From assembly GCA_019351895.1 (NCBI GenBank), contig JABBOH010000001.1, positions 185,757 to 249,756 of the forward strand: 64,000 nt of DNA, written 5' to 3'. A model generated the notes under the pieces. It was not told where the DNA came from. It made no database searches and was given only the letters and a program-made list of their open reading frames with translations. A program made the translations under genes and the position numbers. Shown here in pieces: positions 1 through 9,903 of this stretch; position 1 is the first letter of the stretch; each line of letters begins with the position of its first letter. This DNA comes from Pseudomonadota bacterium. Lineage in GTDB: Bacteria > Pseudomonadota > Alphaproteobacteria > Acetobacterales > Acetobacteraceae.

Positions 1-1147
1 CGAGCCCGCGACCGAGGACGAGCTGATGGTCGAGATCGTTCAGCAGGCGGCGGCGCTCGCCCCCGCCGCCGCGGTGCTGACGGAGGCCCAATCGGGACTT
101 ATGGTCCGGGCGATGCGGCCCGCGGGGACGGAGGCGCTCGACGAGGGCAGTCTGGCGGCGGCGCGCTGGGCGCTGACCCGGCAGGAGGAGGCCGGAGCCA
201 GCACGGCCACCCTCCCCTCCGCCGCTTGGCGGTTCATGCCGATCCGGACGAGTCGCGGCGTCGTCGGCGTGTTGGGCGTGCGTCCACCGGCCGATGGGCC
301 CTTCGCCGTGCCGACGCTGCAGGCGGTCGCGGCCTTGGCGGATCAGGCGGCGGTCGCGCTGGAGCGTGTGCGGCTGGCGGGCGAAGCCGCGCGTGGCGAG
401 GCGCTGTTGGAAACCCAGGCGTTGCGCACGGCGCTGCTGAACTCCCTTTCCCACGATCTGCGGACGCCGCTGACCGGGATCCGGGGAGCGGCGGAGACGC
501 TGCGTGCCAGCTGGGACAGGCTGCCGGAGCCGACCCGGCAGGACCTGCTCGCGAGCATCGAGGAGGATGTGGGTCGGATGACCCGTTTCCTCGCCAATAT
601 CATGGACCTCACCCGGCTGGAGGGCGGCGACATCGCGCCGCGCATCGTGACGGTCGGGCTCGGGCCGCTGATCGACGCCGTGATCGCGCGGGTACCCGAG
701 GCTCTGCACATGGGGGTCAGCCTGCCGGAGGGCGTCGCCGTCATCGCCGATCCGGTTCTGCTCGAACAGGCGCTGACGAACATCGTCGAGAACGCAGTGA
801 AGTATTCGCCGGTCGGCGCCGGGATCACCCTCCGGGTCACGGAGGATCGCGGCATGGTCGATATCGCGTTGGCGGATGAAGGCATCGGCATATCGGGCGA
901 CGATCTGCCGCATGTCTTCGACAGTTTCTACCGGGCCAAGCGCGGCGACCGGGTGGCACCGGGAACGGGGCTGGGCCTCGCGATCGCGCGTGGCTTCGTG
1001 CAGGCGATGGGCGGCAGGATCAGCGCGAAAAGCCCGCGCCTCGATCTCGCGCGGGATGGGCTGCCCGGCGCCATCATCACGATCAGCTTGCCGGCGGCCG
1101 GTCGACCGGCAGATAACCCGTCCGCCGGACCAGAGACAGCGTCATGA
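1..1147 (+). CDS. kdpD: Sensor histidine kinase KdpD, C-terminal part (5' end lies before the window)
   Basis: GAF-like segment, H-box SLSHDLRTPL, N-box NIVENAVKY, G-boxes DEGIG and GTGLGLAI; 4-bp overlap with a KdpE-like regulator. Confidence 0.88.
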   Translation, partial: EPATEDELMVEIVQQAAALAPAAAVLTEAQSGLMVRAMRPAGTEALDEGSLAAARWALTRQEEAGASTATLPSAAWRFMPIRTSRGVVGVLGVRPPADGPFAVPTLQAVAALADQAAVALERVRLAGEAARGEALLETQALRTALLNSLSHDLRTPLTGIRGAAETLRASWDRLPEPTRQDLLASIEEDVGRMTRFLANIMDLTRLEGGDIAPRIVTVGLGPLIDAVIARVPEALHMGVSLPEGVAVIADPVLLEQALTNIVENAVKYSPVGAGITLRVTEDRGMVDIALADEGIGISGDDLPHVFDSFYRAKRGDRVAPGTGLGLAIARGFVQAMGGRISAKSPRLDLARDGLPGAIITISLPAAGRPADNPSAGPETAS

Positions 1148-1860
1148 AACACGCCCGCGTGCTCATCGTCGATGACGAGAAGCAGATCCACCGCTTTCTG
1201 CTGCCAGCTCTCGAAGCCGCAGGGTTTGAAGTTGATCAGGCAATGAACGCGGCCGAGGGTTTGCGCCTTGCGGCGTCGCGTGCGCCCGACCTCGTGCTGC
1301 TCGACCTCGGCCTGCCGGATGAGGACGGCCAGCAGGCGTTGCAGCGGTTGCGCAGGTTCAGCGAGGTGCCTGTGATCATCCTCTCGGCTCGGGACCAGGA
1401 GCACGAGAAGATCGCCGCGCTCGACAATGGCGCGGACGATTATGTGGAGAAGCCGTTCGGCGTCGGCGAGCTACTGGCGCGCATCCGCGCCGCCCTCCGT
1501 CACCGCCGCATGCAGGACGGCGTCGAAACGGTGTTGAAGGCGGGTGCGCTCTCGCTCGATCTCGACCGCCGCGAGGTGAGGGAGAACGGGCAGCTTCTGT
1601 CACTGTCGCGACGCGAGTTCGCGCTGCTCGAAATGCTCATGCGCAGCCTCGGGAAGGTGATCACGCATCGCCAGTTGCTGACGGCTATCTGGGGTCCGGC
1701 GCATGTCGAGGACTTGCAATACCTTCGCGTCTATGTCTGGCATCTCCGCCAGAAACTCAGCAGCGATTCGATGGCGTTGCTGATCAACGAGCCCGGTGTG
1801 GGATATCGTCTTCTCGACGCGAGGCCACCGATCGCCGCTGCGTCGCATGATCCAGGCTGA
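1144..1860 (+). CDS. kdpE: OmpR-family response regulator KdpE
   Basis: Receiver (LIVDDE, LLDLGLPD, KPF) plus winged helix with the KdpE-typical LQYLRVYVWHLRQKL and INEPGVGYRL. Confidence 0.9.
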   Translation: MKHARVLIVDDEKQIHRFLLPALEAAGFEVDQAMNAAEGLRLAASRAPDLVLLDLGLPDEDGQQALQRLRRFSEVPVIILSARDQEHEKIAALDNGADDYVEKPFGVGELLARIRAALRHRRMQDGVETVLKAGALSLDLDRREVRENGQLLSLSRREFALLEMLMRSLGKVITHRQLLTAIWGPAHVEDLQYLRVYVWHLRQKLSSDSMALLINEPGVGYRLLDARPPIAAASHDPG

Positions 1861-2842
1861 GCACGGTATGGGCGTTGCTGAGGCTGGTCGCTAGCGTGTT
1901 GATCGTGCCGGTGCGCAGCGCGCCGAGGATGCCGGCGGCCTTCGTGCTCTCGCTCGCGATGGCGATGACATTCGGAATGCGCCTTAGCTCCGAGGTGGTC
2001 AGCCCCATGATGCGTTCCTGCAGCGGCGTGCTGGTGGGGTTCCCCTGGATGTCGAAGAAGTCATAACCCATCATGTCACCGATGGTGCCCGAGAGTCGCG
2101 CCTCCGTGATCTCCTGCGGGGTGAACCAGCCCATGCGTACCATGTTGCTGTCTTCGCTAAGATCGCCCACGCCGATCAATGCAATATCCGCGCGGCGCGC
2201 CCGATCCAGCGTCTGCCGCACCGTCTCATTCTGCATCAGCGCGCCACGGACACTTGTATTGTCAACAAGAGCGGGAGCGTAGAGTGTTTCGCTCTCGCCG
2301 CCGAAGCGCGCGGCGAGCCGGCGGCAGATGTGGTCGGGGTTCATGATCTCTCCGGCGCGGAGGGAGCCGCCGATCGCCGAGACAAAGGTCACGGATCGCG
2401 GGCTTGTGGAGACCATGCTATCGGCGACGGCGCCGACATTGCGGCCCATGCCGACCGCGACGATCATGCCGTCGCGGAGGAGGCGGTTGAGATGGGCGGC
2501 CACGAGGGCGGCGAGGGCAGTCCGCTGCGCATCGAGGTCACGATGGTCGGCGGCGACGATCAGGCGGCCGATGCGGAACCGGCGGATGAATTCCTGCTCG
2601 ATCTCGACAGCAACGCCGCGGTGCGCGCGCACGCGGATTTCGACGATGCCTTCTTCACGCGCGCGCTTGAGCAGACGGCCAATCTTCGCGCGGGACATGC
2701 CGAAGCGCTGCGAGAGGTCTTCCTGCGTCACATCGTCCGCGTAGTACAGGGCGGCGATTTCCGTTATCGCGTCGACTTCCGCGTCCTTGCCCTCGTCCGG
2801 GCGCGGCCCGACCGCATGAGGTCGTCGATATTGATCAGACAT
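1784..2842 (-). CDS. SorC/DeoR(LsrR)-family sugar-binding transcriptional regulator
   Basis: N-terminal HTH (AALYYADDVTQEDLSQRFGMSRAKIGRLLKRAREEGIV) and sugar-binding domain (VAVGMGRNV, ALIGVGD, LRTGTINTLAT). Start placed at MSDQ (2842), an inference. Confidence 0.85.
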   Translation of the reverse strand: MSDQYRRPHAVGPRPDEGKDAEVDAITEIAALYYADDVTQEDLSQRFGMSRAKIGRLLKRAREEGIVEIRVRAHRGVAVEIEQEFIRRFRIGRLIVAADHRDLDAQRTALAALVAAHLNRLLRDGMIVAVGMGRNVGAVADSMVSTSPRSVTFVSAIGGSLRAGEIMNPDHICRRLAARFGGESETLYAPALVDNTSVRGALMQNETVRQTLDRARRADIALIGVGDLSEDSNMVRMGWFTPQEITEARLSGTIGDMMGYDFFDIQGNPTSTPLQERIMGLTTSELRRIPNVIAIASESTKAAGILGALRTGTINTLATSLSNAHTVLSLDHATQRRSVASRREDDIPHRAR

Positions 2843-2976
2843 TTGAAAAGGATCTTGGCATTCTGAACAGCGATCGAGCCTCTGCTTCCTCGTGGGCGCA
2901 GCAGCAATAACCTGCACGCCTGGGCGCGTGCCGCTGCAGCAAGCCATACCGTCCGTTCTTGCGGCTCGGTAAGGAA

Positions 2977-3005
2977 ACTTTCCGCCGGCCCCGCCTGCCT
3001 GTCAA
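2977..3005 (-). promoter_or_regulatory. Possible sigma70 promoter for the SorC-family gene
   Basis: Minus strand reads TTGACA-N17-GAAAGT. The -35 is perfect, the -10 is weak. Confidence 0.3.
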
Positions 3006-3025
3006 TCGCAGCATATGCTCCGAGC

Positions 3026-3748
3026 CTATGTCTTCTTTTCGAAGGCCATGATGTAGTTGATCGAGAGGTCGCGACTTTCGCGCCAGCGTCCGCGCAGCGG
3101 ATCATAGCTCATGCCGGCACTGGCGATCGTCCGTAGCCCCGCGGCGGCGCCGAAGGCGCTCAACTGGCGTGGCGGGATGAACTGCCGCCAGTTATGCGTG
3201 CCGATGGGGAGGAGGCGGGCAAGATATTCGGCTCCGATCTTCGCCGTGAGGAGCGAACGCATCGTGCGGTTCAGCGTCGAGACGAACAGCAGTCCGCCGG
3301 GCTGGAGCACGGACTGCAGGGCGTTCATGAACCGCGCGGGGTCGGGGACATGCTCGATGACCTCCAGCGCCGTCACGGCGGGAAAGCTCGCCCCTTCGGC
3401 GACGAGTTCCTCGATGCGGCCCGCCCGGTATCGCAGCGGGAGATTCCGCCCGGCGGCATGCGCCTCCGCCGCCGCGATCGCGGCCGGTGCGGCGTCGAGG
3501 CCGAGGACAGGGAAGCCTTCGCGGGCGAGGGCTTCGGCGAGGAGGCCTGCGCCGCAGCCTACGTCGAGGATCGAGGGGAGGGCGCCATCAGTGGTGCGAC
3601 CTCGCAGCCGCCGCGTGATCCACCCGGCCCGCAACGGATTCATGCGATGGAGGGGCGCCATCGGCCCGTCCAGTGCCCACCAGCGATCGGCGAGCGCGTC
3701 AAAGCGTTGAATTTCCGCGAAAGAGAGCGTTGGGTCCTGCTGCATCAT
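3026..3748 (-). CDS. ubiG: Ubiquinone biosynthesis O-methyltransferase UbiG
   Basis: EIQRFDALADRWW, LHRMNPLR, SAM motif ILDVGCGAG, LEVIEHV, STLNRT, GTHNWRQFI. Confidence 0.93.
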   Translation of the reverse strand: MMQQDPTLSFAEIQRFDALADRWWALDGPMAPLHRMNPLRAGWITRRLRGRTTDGALPSILDVGCGAGLLAEALAREGFPVLGLDAAPAAIAAAEAHAAGRNLPLRYRAGRIEELVAEGASFPAVTALEVIEHVPDPARFMNALQSVLQPGGLLFVSTLNRTMRSLLTAKIGAEYLARLLPIGTHNWRQFIPPRQLSAFGAAAGLRTIASAGMSYDPLRGRWRESRDLSINYIMAFEKKT

Positions 3749-3916
3749 TGCCCCTGAGCTTTGGCACGGCTATGTGTTCCGGCCGTTCGGCACACCGCTT
3801 TGCGGCGCCGGCGCAGTCATACGGCTTCGGCCGGCGCGCGCCTAATCCCCGTGACGTCCGGCGATGGCTTGGGTTTCAGCGCGAGCCTGCCGTCAGGATC
3901 GCTTCGGAAAGGTAGC

Positions 3917-5134
3917 ATGGCCCGCATCGTCATGAAGTTCGGCGGCACCTCGGTCGCCGATCTCGACCGTATTCGCATCGCCGCTTCCCGGGTCCGCCGC
4001 GAGGTCGAGGCGGGGAACGAGGTCGCGGTCGTTGTCTCCGCCATGGCGGGTACTACGAACCAGCTCGTCGGCTGGTGCCAGAGCCTGTCGCCGCTCCATG
4101 ATGCGCGGGAGTATGATGCAGTCGTCGCAACCGGCGAGCAGATCACCGCTGGCCTCATGGCGATTGCTTTGCAGACGCTTGGCATCGAGGCGCGGTCCTG
4201 GGCGGGGTGGCAGATCCCGATCAGAACCGATGGAGCGCACGGCAAGGCGCGGATCGAGCAGATCGATGGTGCGGAGCTGGTTCACCGGATGGGACAGGGG
4301 CAGGTTGCGGTCGTGACCGGTTTCCAGGGGCTCGGGCCCGACCACAGGATCACCACGCTTGGCCGTGGCGGATCGGATACATCGGCCGTGGCGCTCGCGG
4401 CCGCGCTGCGTGCGGATCGCTGCGATATCTATACGGACGTGGACGGCATCTATACGACCGATCCGCGGATCGTCACCCGCGCCCGCAAGCTTGCGCGCAT
4501 TTCCTATGAAGAGATGCTGGAACTTGCCTCTGTGGGTGCGAAGGTGCTGCAGACGCGCAGCGTCGAACTGGCAATGAAGGAAAAGGTGCGCGTTCAGGTC
4601 CTGTCCAGCTTTCAGGACGTGCCGGGCACGCTGGTCGTGGATGAGGATGAAATCGTGGAAAAGGAACTCGTTTCCGGAATCGCCTATTCACGGGACGAAG
4701 CGAAGTTGACGGTCAGGCGCGTTCCGGACAGGCCCGGCGTGGCGGCGACCGTGTTCGGTGCGTTGTCAGCCGAGAACGTCAATGTCGACATGATCGTGCA
4801 GAACATTTCTGAGGACGGAATGACGGACATGACCTTCACGGTTGGAAGGTCGGATTTGCCGCGTGCCCAGGCCGCTCTCGCCGAGGCAAAGCCGCAGATC
4901 GGCTATGCCGAATTACTGGCCGATACGAACGTCGCGAAGATTAGCGTGGTGGGCGTCGGAATGCGCAGCCATGCGGGCATCGCAAGCAAGATGTTCCGTG
5001 CTTTGGCGGATAAGGGTATCAATATCCAGGTGATCTCCACGAGCGAGATCAAGGTCAGTATCCTTATCGCCGCCGATTATACGGAGCTTGCCGTGCGATC
5101 CCTCCATACCGCCTATGGCCTCGATGCCGCCTGA
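3917..5134 (+). CDS. lysC: Aspartate kinase
   Basis: MKFGGTSVAD, TTLGRGGSDTSAV, TDVDGIYTTDPR, two C-terminal ACT domains; start chosen at MARIVMKFGG. Confidence 0.95.
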   Translation: MARIVMKFGGTSVADLDRIRIAASRVRREVEAGNEVAVVVSAMAGTTNQLVGWCQSLSPLHDAREYDAVVATGEQITAGLMAIALQTLGIEARSWAGWQIPIRTDGAHGKARIEQIDGAELVHRMGQGQVAVVTGFQGLGPDHRITTLGRGGSDTSAVALAAALRADRCDIYTDVDGIYTTDPRIVTRARKLARISYEEMLELASVGAKVLQTRSVELAMKEKVRVQVLSSFQDVPGTLVVDEDEIVEKELVSGIAYSRDEAKLTVRRVPDRPGVAATVFGALSAENVNVDMIVQNISEDGMTDMTFTVGRSDLPRAQAALAEAKPQIGYAELLADTNVAKISVVGVGMRSHAGIASKMFRALADKGINIQVISTSEIKVSILIAADYTELAVRSLHTAYGLDAA

Positions 5135-6203
5135 CATCAGCACGCCGGTCGATCCGGCAGAGGCACAGCGGGTGGGCGACGTGTCGCCGGCTCTCGACGC
5201 GCTATGGCAGCGCGGGACCGCGTTCCTCGGCACGCGCTATGCCATCATGGGTGGCGCCATGAGCTGGGTGAGCGAACGACATCTCGTCTCCGCGATCTCC
5301 AACGCTGGCGGCTTTGGCGTGATTGCATGCGGGTCGATGTCGCCGGCATTGCTCGAAGCGGAGATCGCCGCGACCCAGGCGCTGACGCACAAGCCATTCG
5401 GCGTCAACCTGATCACCATGCATCCCGCCCTCGATGACCTGATCGCTGTCTGCCTGCGAGCGAAGGTCGGCCATATCGTCCTCGCGGGCGGCGTGCCGCC
5501 GGGTCCTGCGGTCCGCGCGGTGAAGGATGGAGGCGCAAAGCTGGTCTGCTTCGCGCCCGCGCTGGTTCTGGCGAAGCGGCTTGTGAGATCAGGCGCGGAT
5601 GCGCTGGTGATTGAGGGATCGGAGGCGGGGGGGCATATCGGCCCGGTCTCTCTGATGGTGCTGGCGCAGGAAATCCTGCCGGTTGTGACCGAAGTGCCGA
5701 TCTTCGTGGCCGGTGGCCTCTGCCGGGGTGACGCGATCGTCAGCATGCTGGAGATGGGCGCGTCCGGTGCGCAGCTCGGCAGCATGTTTGCAGCCACGTC
5801 CGAGAGCATCGCCCATCCGCGGTTCAAGGCGGCCTTCTTTAGGGCGCATGCGCGGGACGCGCTGCCGTCGATCCAGCTCGACGATCGGTTTCCGGTCATC
5901 CCTGTGCGCGGGCTCGTCAATGCCGGGACACGCCGCTTCCTTGAGCATCAAGCCGAGACACTGCGGCGTTTCCAATCGGGCGAACTCGACCGGGAGGCGG
6001 CTCAGCTTTCGATCGAACACTTCTGGGCGGGGGCACTCAGGCGGGCCGTCATTGACGGCGATGTCGAGCAAGGCTCTGTGATGGCCGGGCAGTCGGTGGG
6101 TCAGGTGCGCGAGGAGAAGCCGGTGGCGGCGGTGATCGCGCAACTTCTGGATGAGGCCGAAGCGATGCTGGCAAAGCGTGGATACGTCGGCCGCCCGGCC
6201 TGA
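5124..6203 (+). CDS. Nitronate monooxygenase / FabK-like flavin oxidoreductase
   Basis: AIMGGAMSWVS, FGVNL, IEGSEAGGHIG, VFVAGG-like motif, GSVMAGQSVG. Start uncertain (5088, 5115 or 5124). Confidence 0.82.
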   Translation: MPPDISTPVDPAEAQRVGDVSPALDALWQRGTAFLGTRYAIMGGAMSWVSERHLVSAISNAGGFGVIACGSMSPALLEAEIAATQALTHKPFGVNLITMHPALDDLIAVCLRAKVGHIVLAGGVPPGPAVRAVKDGGAKLVCFAPALVLAKRLVRSGADALVIEGSEAGGHIGPVSLMVLAQEILPVVTEVPIFVAGGLCRGDAIVSMLEMGASGAQLGSMFAATSESIAHPRFKAAFFRAHARDALPSIQLDDRFPVIPVRGLVNAGTRRFLEHQAETLRRFQSGELDREAAQLSIEHFWAGALRRAVIDGDVEQGSVMAGQSVGQVREEKPVAAVIAQLLDEAEAMLAKRGYVGRPA

Positions 6204-8508
6204 GGCGGCAAGCTGGAGTCCGAGGCGGCTCTTCGCGGTTCTACGCGAGCGCCTCGCGCTCGGCGATACGCCGCTTCCCAAGCTGATAGAACTGGTCGCG
6301 ACAGAAATGGCGACCGAAGTCTGCGCCCTCTATGTCATGCGCACCGGTGAAGTGCTGGAGCTTGCGGCGACCTGTGGACTGGAGGCCGAGGCCGTGGGCC
6401 GCACCAGGCTAAGATTGGGCGAGGGCATCGTGGGGCTCGTGGCCGCCATGGGCAGCCCCATCAACCTCGCCGACGCCCGGGAGCATCCGGGGTTCGCCCA
6501 GCGCCCGGAAACCGGGGAGGCGGCCTTCGCATCGCTCCTGGCGATCCCTATCCGCCGGTCTGGCCACATCGTTGGCGTCTTGACGATCCAAAACCGCGAG
6601 CCGCGCCGGTTCACCGAAATCGAGCAAGAGGCGCTGGAGACGGTTGCCATGTTGCTTGCCGAGATGATGACGACCGCTGGGGCGGTGGAGGTGAGGGGCG
6701 AAGGATTTGGGTCCGCCTTGCCGCGCCGCTTCGATGGGCTGCCCCTGGCTGCCGGAATTGTAATGGGGCCCGTGGTGCGCGCGGGGCAAGTGGTGTCGCG
6801 GCGTCAGGTTCTGGCGGCGGATCCGGAAGCCGAGCAGCGGCGTCTTCTAGCCGCGAGCGAAGGCATGCAGCGCGGTCTGGACGAACTCATCCGTGGGACA
6901 TCCGAGACGCTCGGCGACGACGCGTCGGGCGACGTGATGGCCGCATACCGCCTTATTGCTGCGGATGCCGGCTGGTTGAAGCGCGTGGCCGCCGTCATAG
7001 AAGGGGGTTTCTCGGCCGAGGCCGCTGTCATCCGGGTGATGGGGGAGCTGCGTGAGCGGATGCGGCGCATCACCGACCCGTATCTGCGGGAGAGGCTGGT
7101 CGACATCGAGGACCTTGGAAACCGCCTGGTCGCTCACCTGGCCCGGCTCGATGACGGCGGAGAGGGCGAGTCCCAGGACGTAGCGGGCACTGTCGTCGGC
7201 GCAATCCTCGTGGCACGCAGGCTTGGACCCGCCGAACTGTTGGACTGGTATGGACGCGGGGTCGCGGGCTTCGTGATCGAGGAAGGCAGTGCCGCGGGGC
7301 ACGCGGCGATCCTGGCGCGGTCCCTTGGCCTCCCTGCGCTCTCGGATGCGCGGGGGGTCATGGATGCCTGCCGTGACGGCGACCGAGGCATCCTGGACAC
7401 GGAAGACGGGATCTTCATTCTCCGGCCGGAGGATGAAGTTCGGCAAGCCTATGACAGCGCCATCGCGACGCAGCAGGCGCATGCGGCCGAATGGGCAGCG
7501 CTACGAGCCCAGCCCTCGGTGACCGCCGATGGCGTTGGTGTTTCTTTGATGGTGAATCTTGCTCTGCCGCTGGAACTGGCACAGCTGGAACAAACCGGTG
7601 CAGCGGGAATAGGCCTATACCGGACCGAGATCTCGCTGCTGGCACAGCACCGGCCTGAGACCGACGGCGATCATGCGGCCGCCACAGAAGGCTACCTCGG
7701 CAGCGAGAAGCTGATGCTGCGGCAAACAGTAGAATATGCCCGCGTTATGGATCACGCCGCTGGCCGGCCGGTCTTGTTTCGCACGCTCGACCTTGGTGGG
7801 GACAAGATTTTAGCTGGCGCCGATCTCCCGGTCAGCGAAAATCCGGCGATGGGATGGCGATCCTTGCGGATCGGGCTCGACCGGCCGTCAACGCTTCGCC
7901 GGCAACTGCGGGCGATGCTTGCCGCCGCACATGGGCGGGATCTTTCCATCATGTTCCCGATGGTGGCGACAGTCGCGGAGTTCCGGGCAGCGCGCGCCCT
8001 GCTCGACGCCGAGGTCGCGCGGCTTGAGCGTCCACCCGGCAAGCTTCAGGTCGGCAGCATGCTGGAGGTTCCAGCGCTGCTCTGGCAACTACCGATGTTG
8101 ATGAAGGAGGTGGACTTCCTGTCCGTAGGGTCGAACGACCTCATGCAGTTTCTATTCGCAGCGGACCGGGGAACCCCCAACCTCGCAAATCGCTATGACC
8201 TCATCAGCCCGCCGGTTCTGGATCTGCTGGAGAGCGTCATTCGACATGCCGCCGCGGAGAACGTGTGGCTTTCCTTCTGCGGCGAAGCCGCGGGCCGGCC
8301 TCTGGAAGCCCTGATCTTGGTCGCTTTGGGCTTCGAGTCTCTCTCAATGTCGCCCTCCGCACTGCCGCGGGTGAAGTCAGCGTTACGCCGGGCTGATATT
8401 CGCGCATTCCGGCGGGTGCTTGCATCCATTCGCAGTCATCAGCCGCAAGCGGCCAGTCTCCGCGAGCCGCTGAGCAGCTGGGCGAGGGAGCACGGCCTTC
8501 CGGTATGA
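6151..8508 (+). CDS. ptsP: GAF-domain PEP-protein phosphotransferase (EI-Ntr, PtsP)
   Basis: N-terminal GAF (GEGIVGLVA), phospho-His motif GSAAGHAAILARS, FRTLDLGGDK, ENPAMGWRSLR, SVGSNDLMQF, CGEAAG. Start may be GTG 6178. Confidence 0.9.
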   Translation: MRPKRCWQSVDTSAARPEAASWSPRRLFAVLRERLALGDTPLPKLIELVATEMATEVCALYVMRTGEVLELAATCGLEAEAVGRTRLRLGEGIVGLVAAMGSPINLADAREHPGFAQRPETGEAAFASLLAIPIRRSGHIVGVLTIQNREPRRFTEIEQEALETVAMLLAEMMTTAGAVEVRGEGFGSALPRRFDGLPLAAGIVMGPVVRAGQVVSRRQVLAADPEAEQRRLLAASEGMQRGLDELIRGTSETLGDDASGDVMAAYRLIAADAGWLKRVAAVIEGGFSAEAAVIRVMGELRERMRRITDPYLRERLVDIEDLGNRLVAHLARLDDGGEGESQDVAGTVVGAILVARRLGPAELLDWYGRGVAGFVIEEGSAAGHAAILARSLGLPALSDARGVMDACRDGDRGILDTEDGIFILRPEDEVRQAYDSAIATQQAHAAEWAALRAQPSVTADGVGVSLMVNLALPLELAQLEQTGAAGIGLYRTEISLLAQHRPETDGDHAAATEGYLGSEKLMLRQTVEYARVMDHAAGRPVLFRTLDLGGDKILAGADLPVSENPAMGWRSLRIGLDRPSTLRRQLRAMLAAAHGRDLSIMFPMVATVAEFRAARALLDAEVARLERPPGKLQVGSMLEVPALLWQLPMLMKEVDFLSVGSNDLMQFLFAADRGTPNLANRYDLISPPVLDLLESVIRHAAAENVWLSFCGEAAGRPLEALILVALGFESLSMSPSALPRVKSALRRADIRAFRRVLASIRSHQPQAASLREPLSSWAREHGLPV

Positions 8509-8519
8509 TGGGAAGGCGC

Positions 8520-9023
8520 TCAGCTGTCGGTGGGGGGCAGCCAGGGTATGACGCCGAACGCGATTCCCTCATCGGCCAGCGCCTCTGCCTGATCCCGCGT
8601 GGCTTCACCGTAGATGTTGTGCGACTTGGTCTCCCCATAGTGGATACGGCGGGCCTCCTCGGCAAACCCTGCGCCGACGTAGTCACAGTGCGATTCAACC
8701 TCGGCGCGAAGGCGGTGCAGCAGCGCGCGGAGCTTGTCCGGGGCGGCGTTGGTGGCCAAAGGTGAAGGATTAGCCGGTGCGAGCGTCGGCACTGCCGGGT
8801 CGACTGCATGGTGCGAGGTAGACGGTTCATCGTCGCGGGGCAGGGTCTTACCGCGGCTCCCGCGGCCAAGCGCAGGCGTCATAAGCGCTCGAGTAACCTC
8901 GGGGCTGTTGCAGATCGGGCAGACGACCAGGCCTGTCTCCACCTGACGATCGAAGGAGCCGCTGTCCCTGAACCAACCATCGAACCCGTGCCCGTGCTCG
9001 CATTGAAGCTGATAGTGGATCAT
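8520..9023 (-). CDS. DUF1178 family zinc-ribbon protein
   Basis: MIHYQLQCEHGHGFDGWF, CPICNS, FAEEARRIHYGE, IYGEAT, EGI, typical of DUF1178. Confidence 0.85.
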   Translation of the reverse strand: MIHYQLQCEHGHGFDGWFRDSGSFDRQVETGLVVCPICNSPEVTRALMTPALGRGSRGKTLPRDDEPSTSHHAVDPAVPTLAPANPSPLATNAAPDKLRALLHRLRAEVESHCDYVGAGFAEEARRIHYGETKSHNIYGEATRDQAEALADEGIAFGVIPWLPPTDS

Positions 9024-9039
9024 CGAGAAGAGCCGTCCA

Positions 9040-9903
9040 TCACGCGCGCGTGAGGAGAGCAATCAGACCCTCCAGCTGGTCAGGGGTGGTGTAGGTGAGT
9101 TGCAATACCCCACCTCGTGACTTCACGTTAATGGATACGGCCAGCCCGAGCCGATCCCGCAACTCCCGCTCAATCACCTGGATATCGGGGTCCTTCGGCT
9201 GTCGTTCGACATGCTTTTGCCCCTCGGCCGCATCCCCTTGACGAGCGGTCAGTGCCTCCGTCTGACGAACATTCAGCCCCTGCGCGATCACCGCTATGGC
9301 GGCGCGGGCCGGATCAGGATGCGTCAGCAACGCGCGCGCGTGACCGGCGCTGATCGCACCGCGACGCAACTCCGTCTGAACGGATTGCGGCAGCTTGAGG
9401 AGGCGCATGGTGTTGGCGACGTGGCTGCGGGACTTTCCGACGCTGTCCGCCACGCGCTCTTGGGTCAGAGAGAACTCCTCGATCAGACGGCGATATCCTT
9501 CGCCCTCGTCGATCGGGTTGAGGTCTTCGCGTTGGAGGTTCTCGACCAGGGCAGCGGCCATGGCGGCCGTATCCTCGAGAGCACGAACCAGCGCCGGGAT
9601 TTCGTGTAGCCCGGCCTGTTGAGCAGCCCGCCACCGCCGCTCCCCGGCAATGATCTGATATTTGCCTTTGTTGGTCGGATCCGGGCGGGCCAGGATCGGC
9701 TGGAGGACACCTTGCTCTCGTATGGAGGCAGCGAGCGCGGCGAGCTCTGCCGGGTCAACCTGACGACGGGGCTGAAAGGGTCCGGGTGCTAGGAGATCCA
9801 ACGGAAGGAGCTGAATGAGGGCTTCCTTCGGTGGCGGCGCATCTTCGCCCAGAAGTGCCGCCAGGCCTCGACCCAGTCTCGGACCAGCGTCGCGCACGCT
9901 CAC
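9040..9903 (-). CDS. parB: Chromosome partitioning protein ParB
   Basis: N-terminal LGRGLAALL, PFQPRR, CTP-binding IIAGERRWRA, ENLQREDL, HTH SRSHVANTMRLL. Confidence 0.95.
   Translation of the reverse strand: MSVRDAGPRLGRGLAALLGEDAPPPKEALIQLLPLDLLAPGPFQPRRQVDPAELAALAASIREQGVLQPILARPDPTNKGKYQIIAGERRWRAAQQAGLHEIPALVRALEDTAAMAAALVENLQREDLNPIDEGEGYRRLIEEFSLTQERVADSVGKSRSHVANTMRLLKLPQSVQTELRRGAISAGHARALLTHPDPARAAIAVIAQGLNVRQTEALTARQGDAAEGQKHVERQPKDPDIQVIERELRDRLGLAVSINVKSRGGVLQLTYTTPDQLEGLIALLTRA

Noticed and set aside
2231-2250. AT-rich inverted repeat CTTGT-N7-ACAAG
   Set aside because: It lies mid-gene in the SorC-type CDS with 5-bp arms, which is expected by chance.
3761-3916. Possible lysine riboswitch or leader before lysC
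   Set aside because: The ubiG-lysC divergent gap is only about 170 bp and I saw no L-box motifs.
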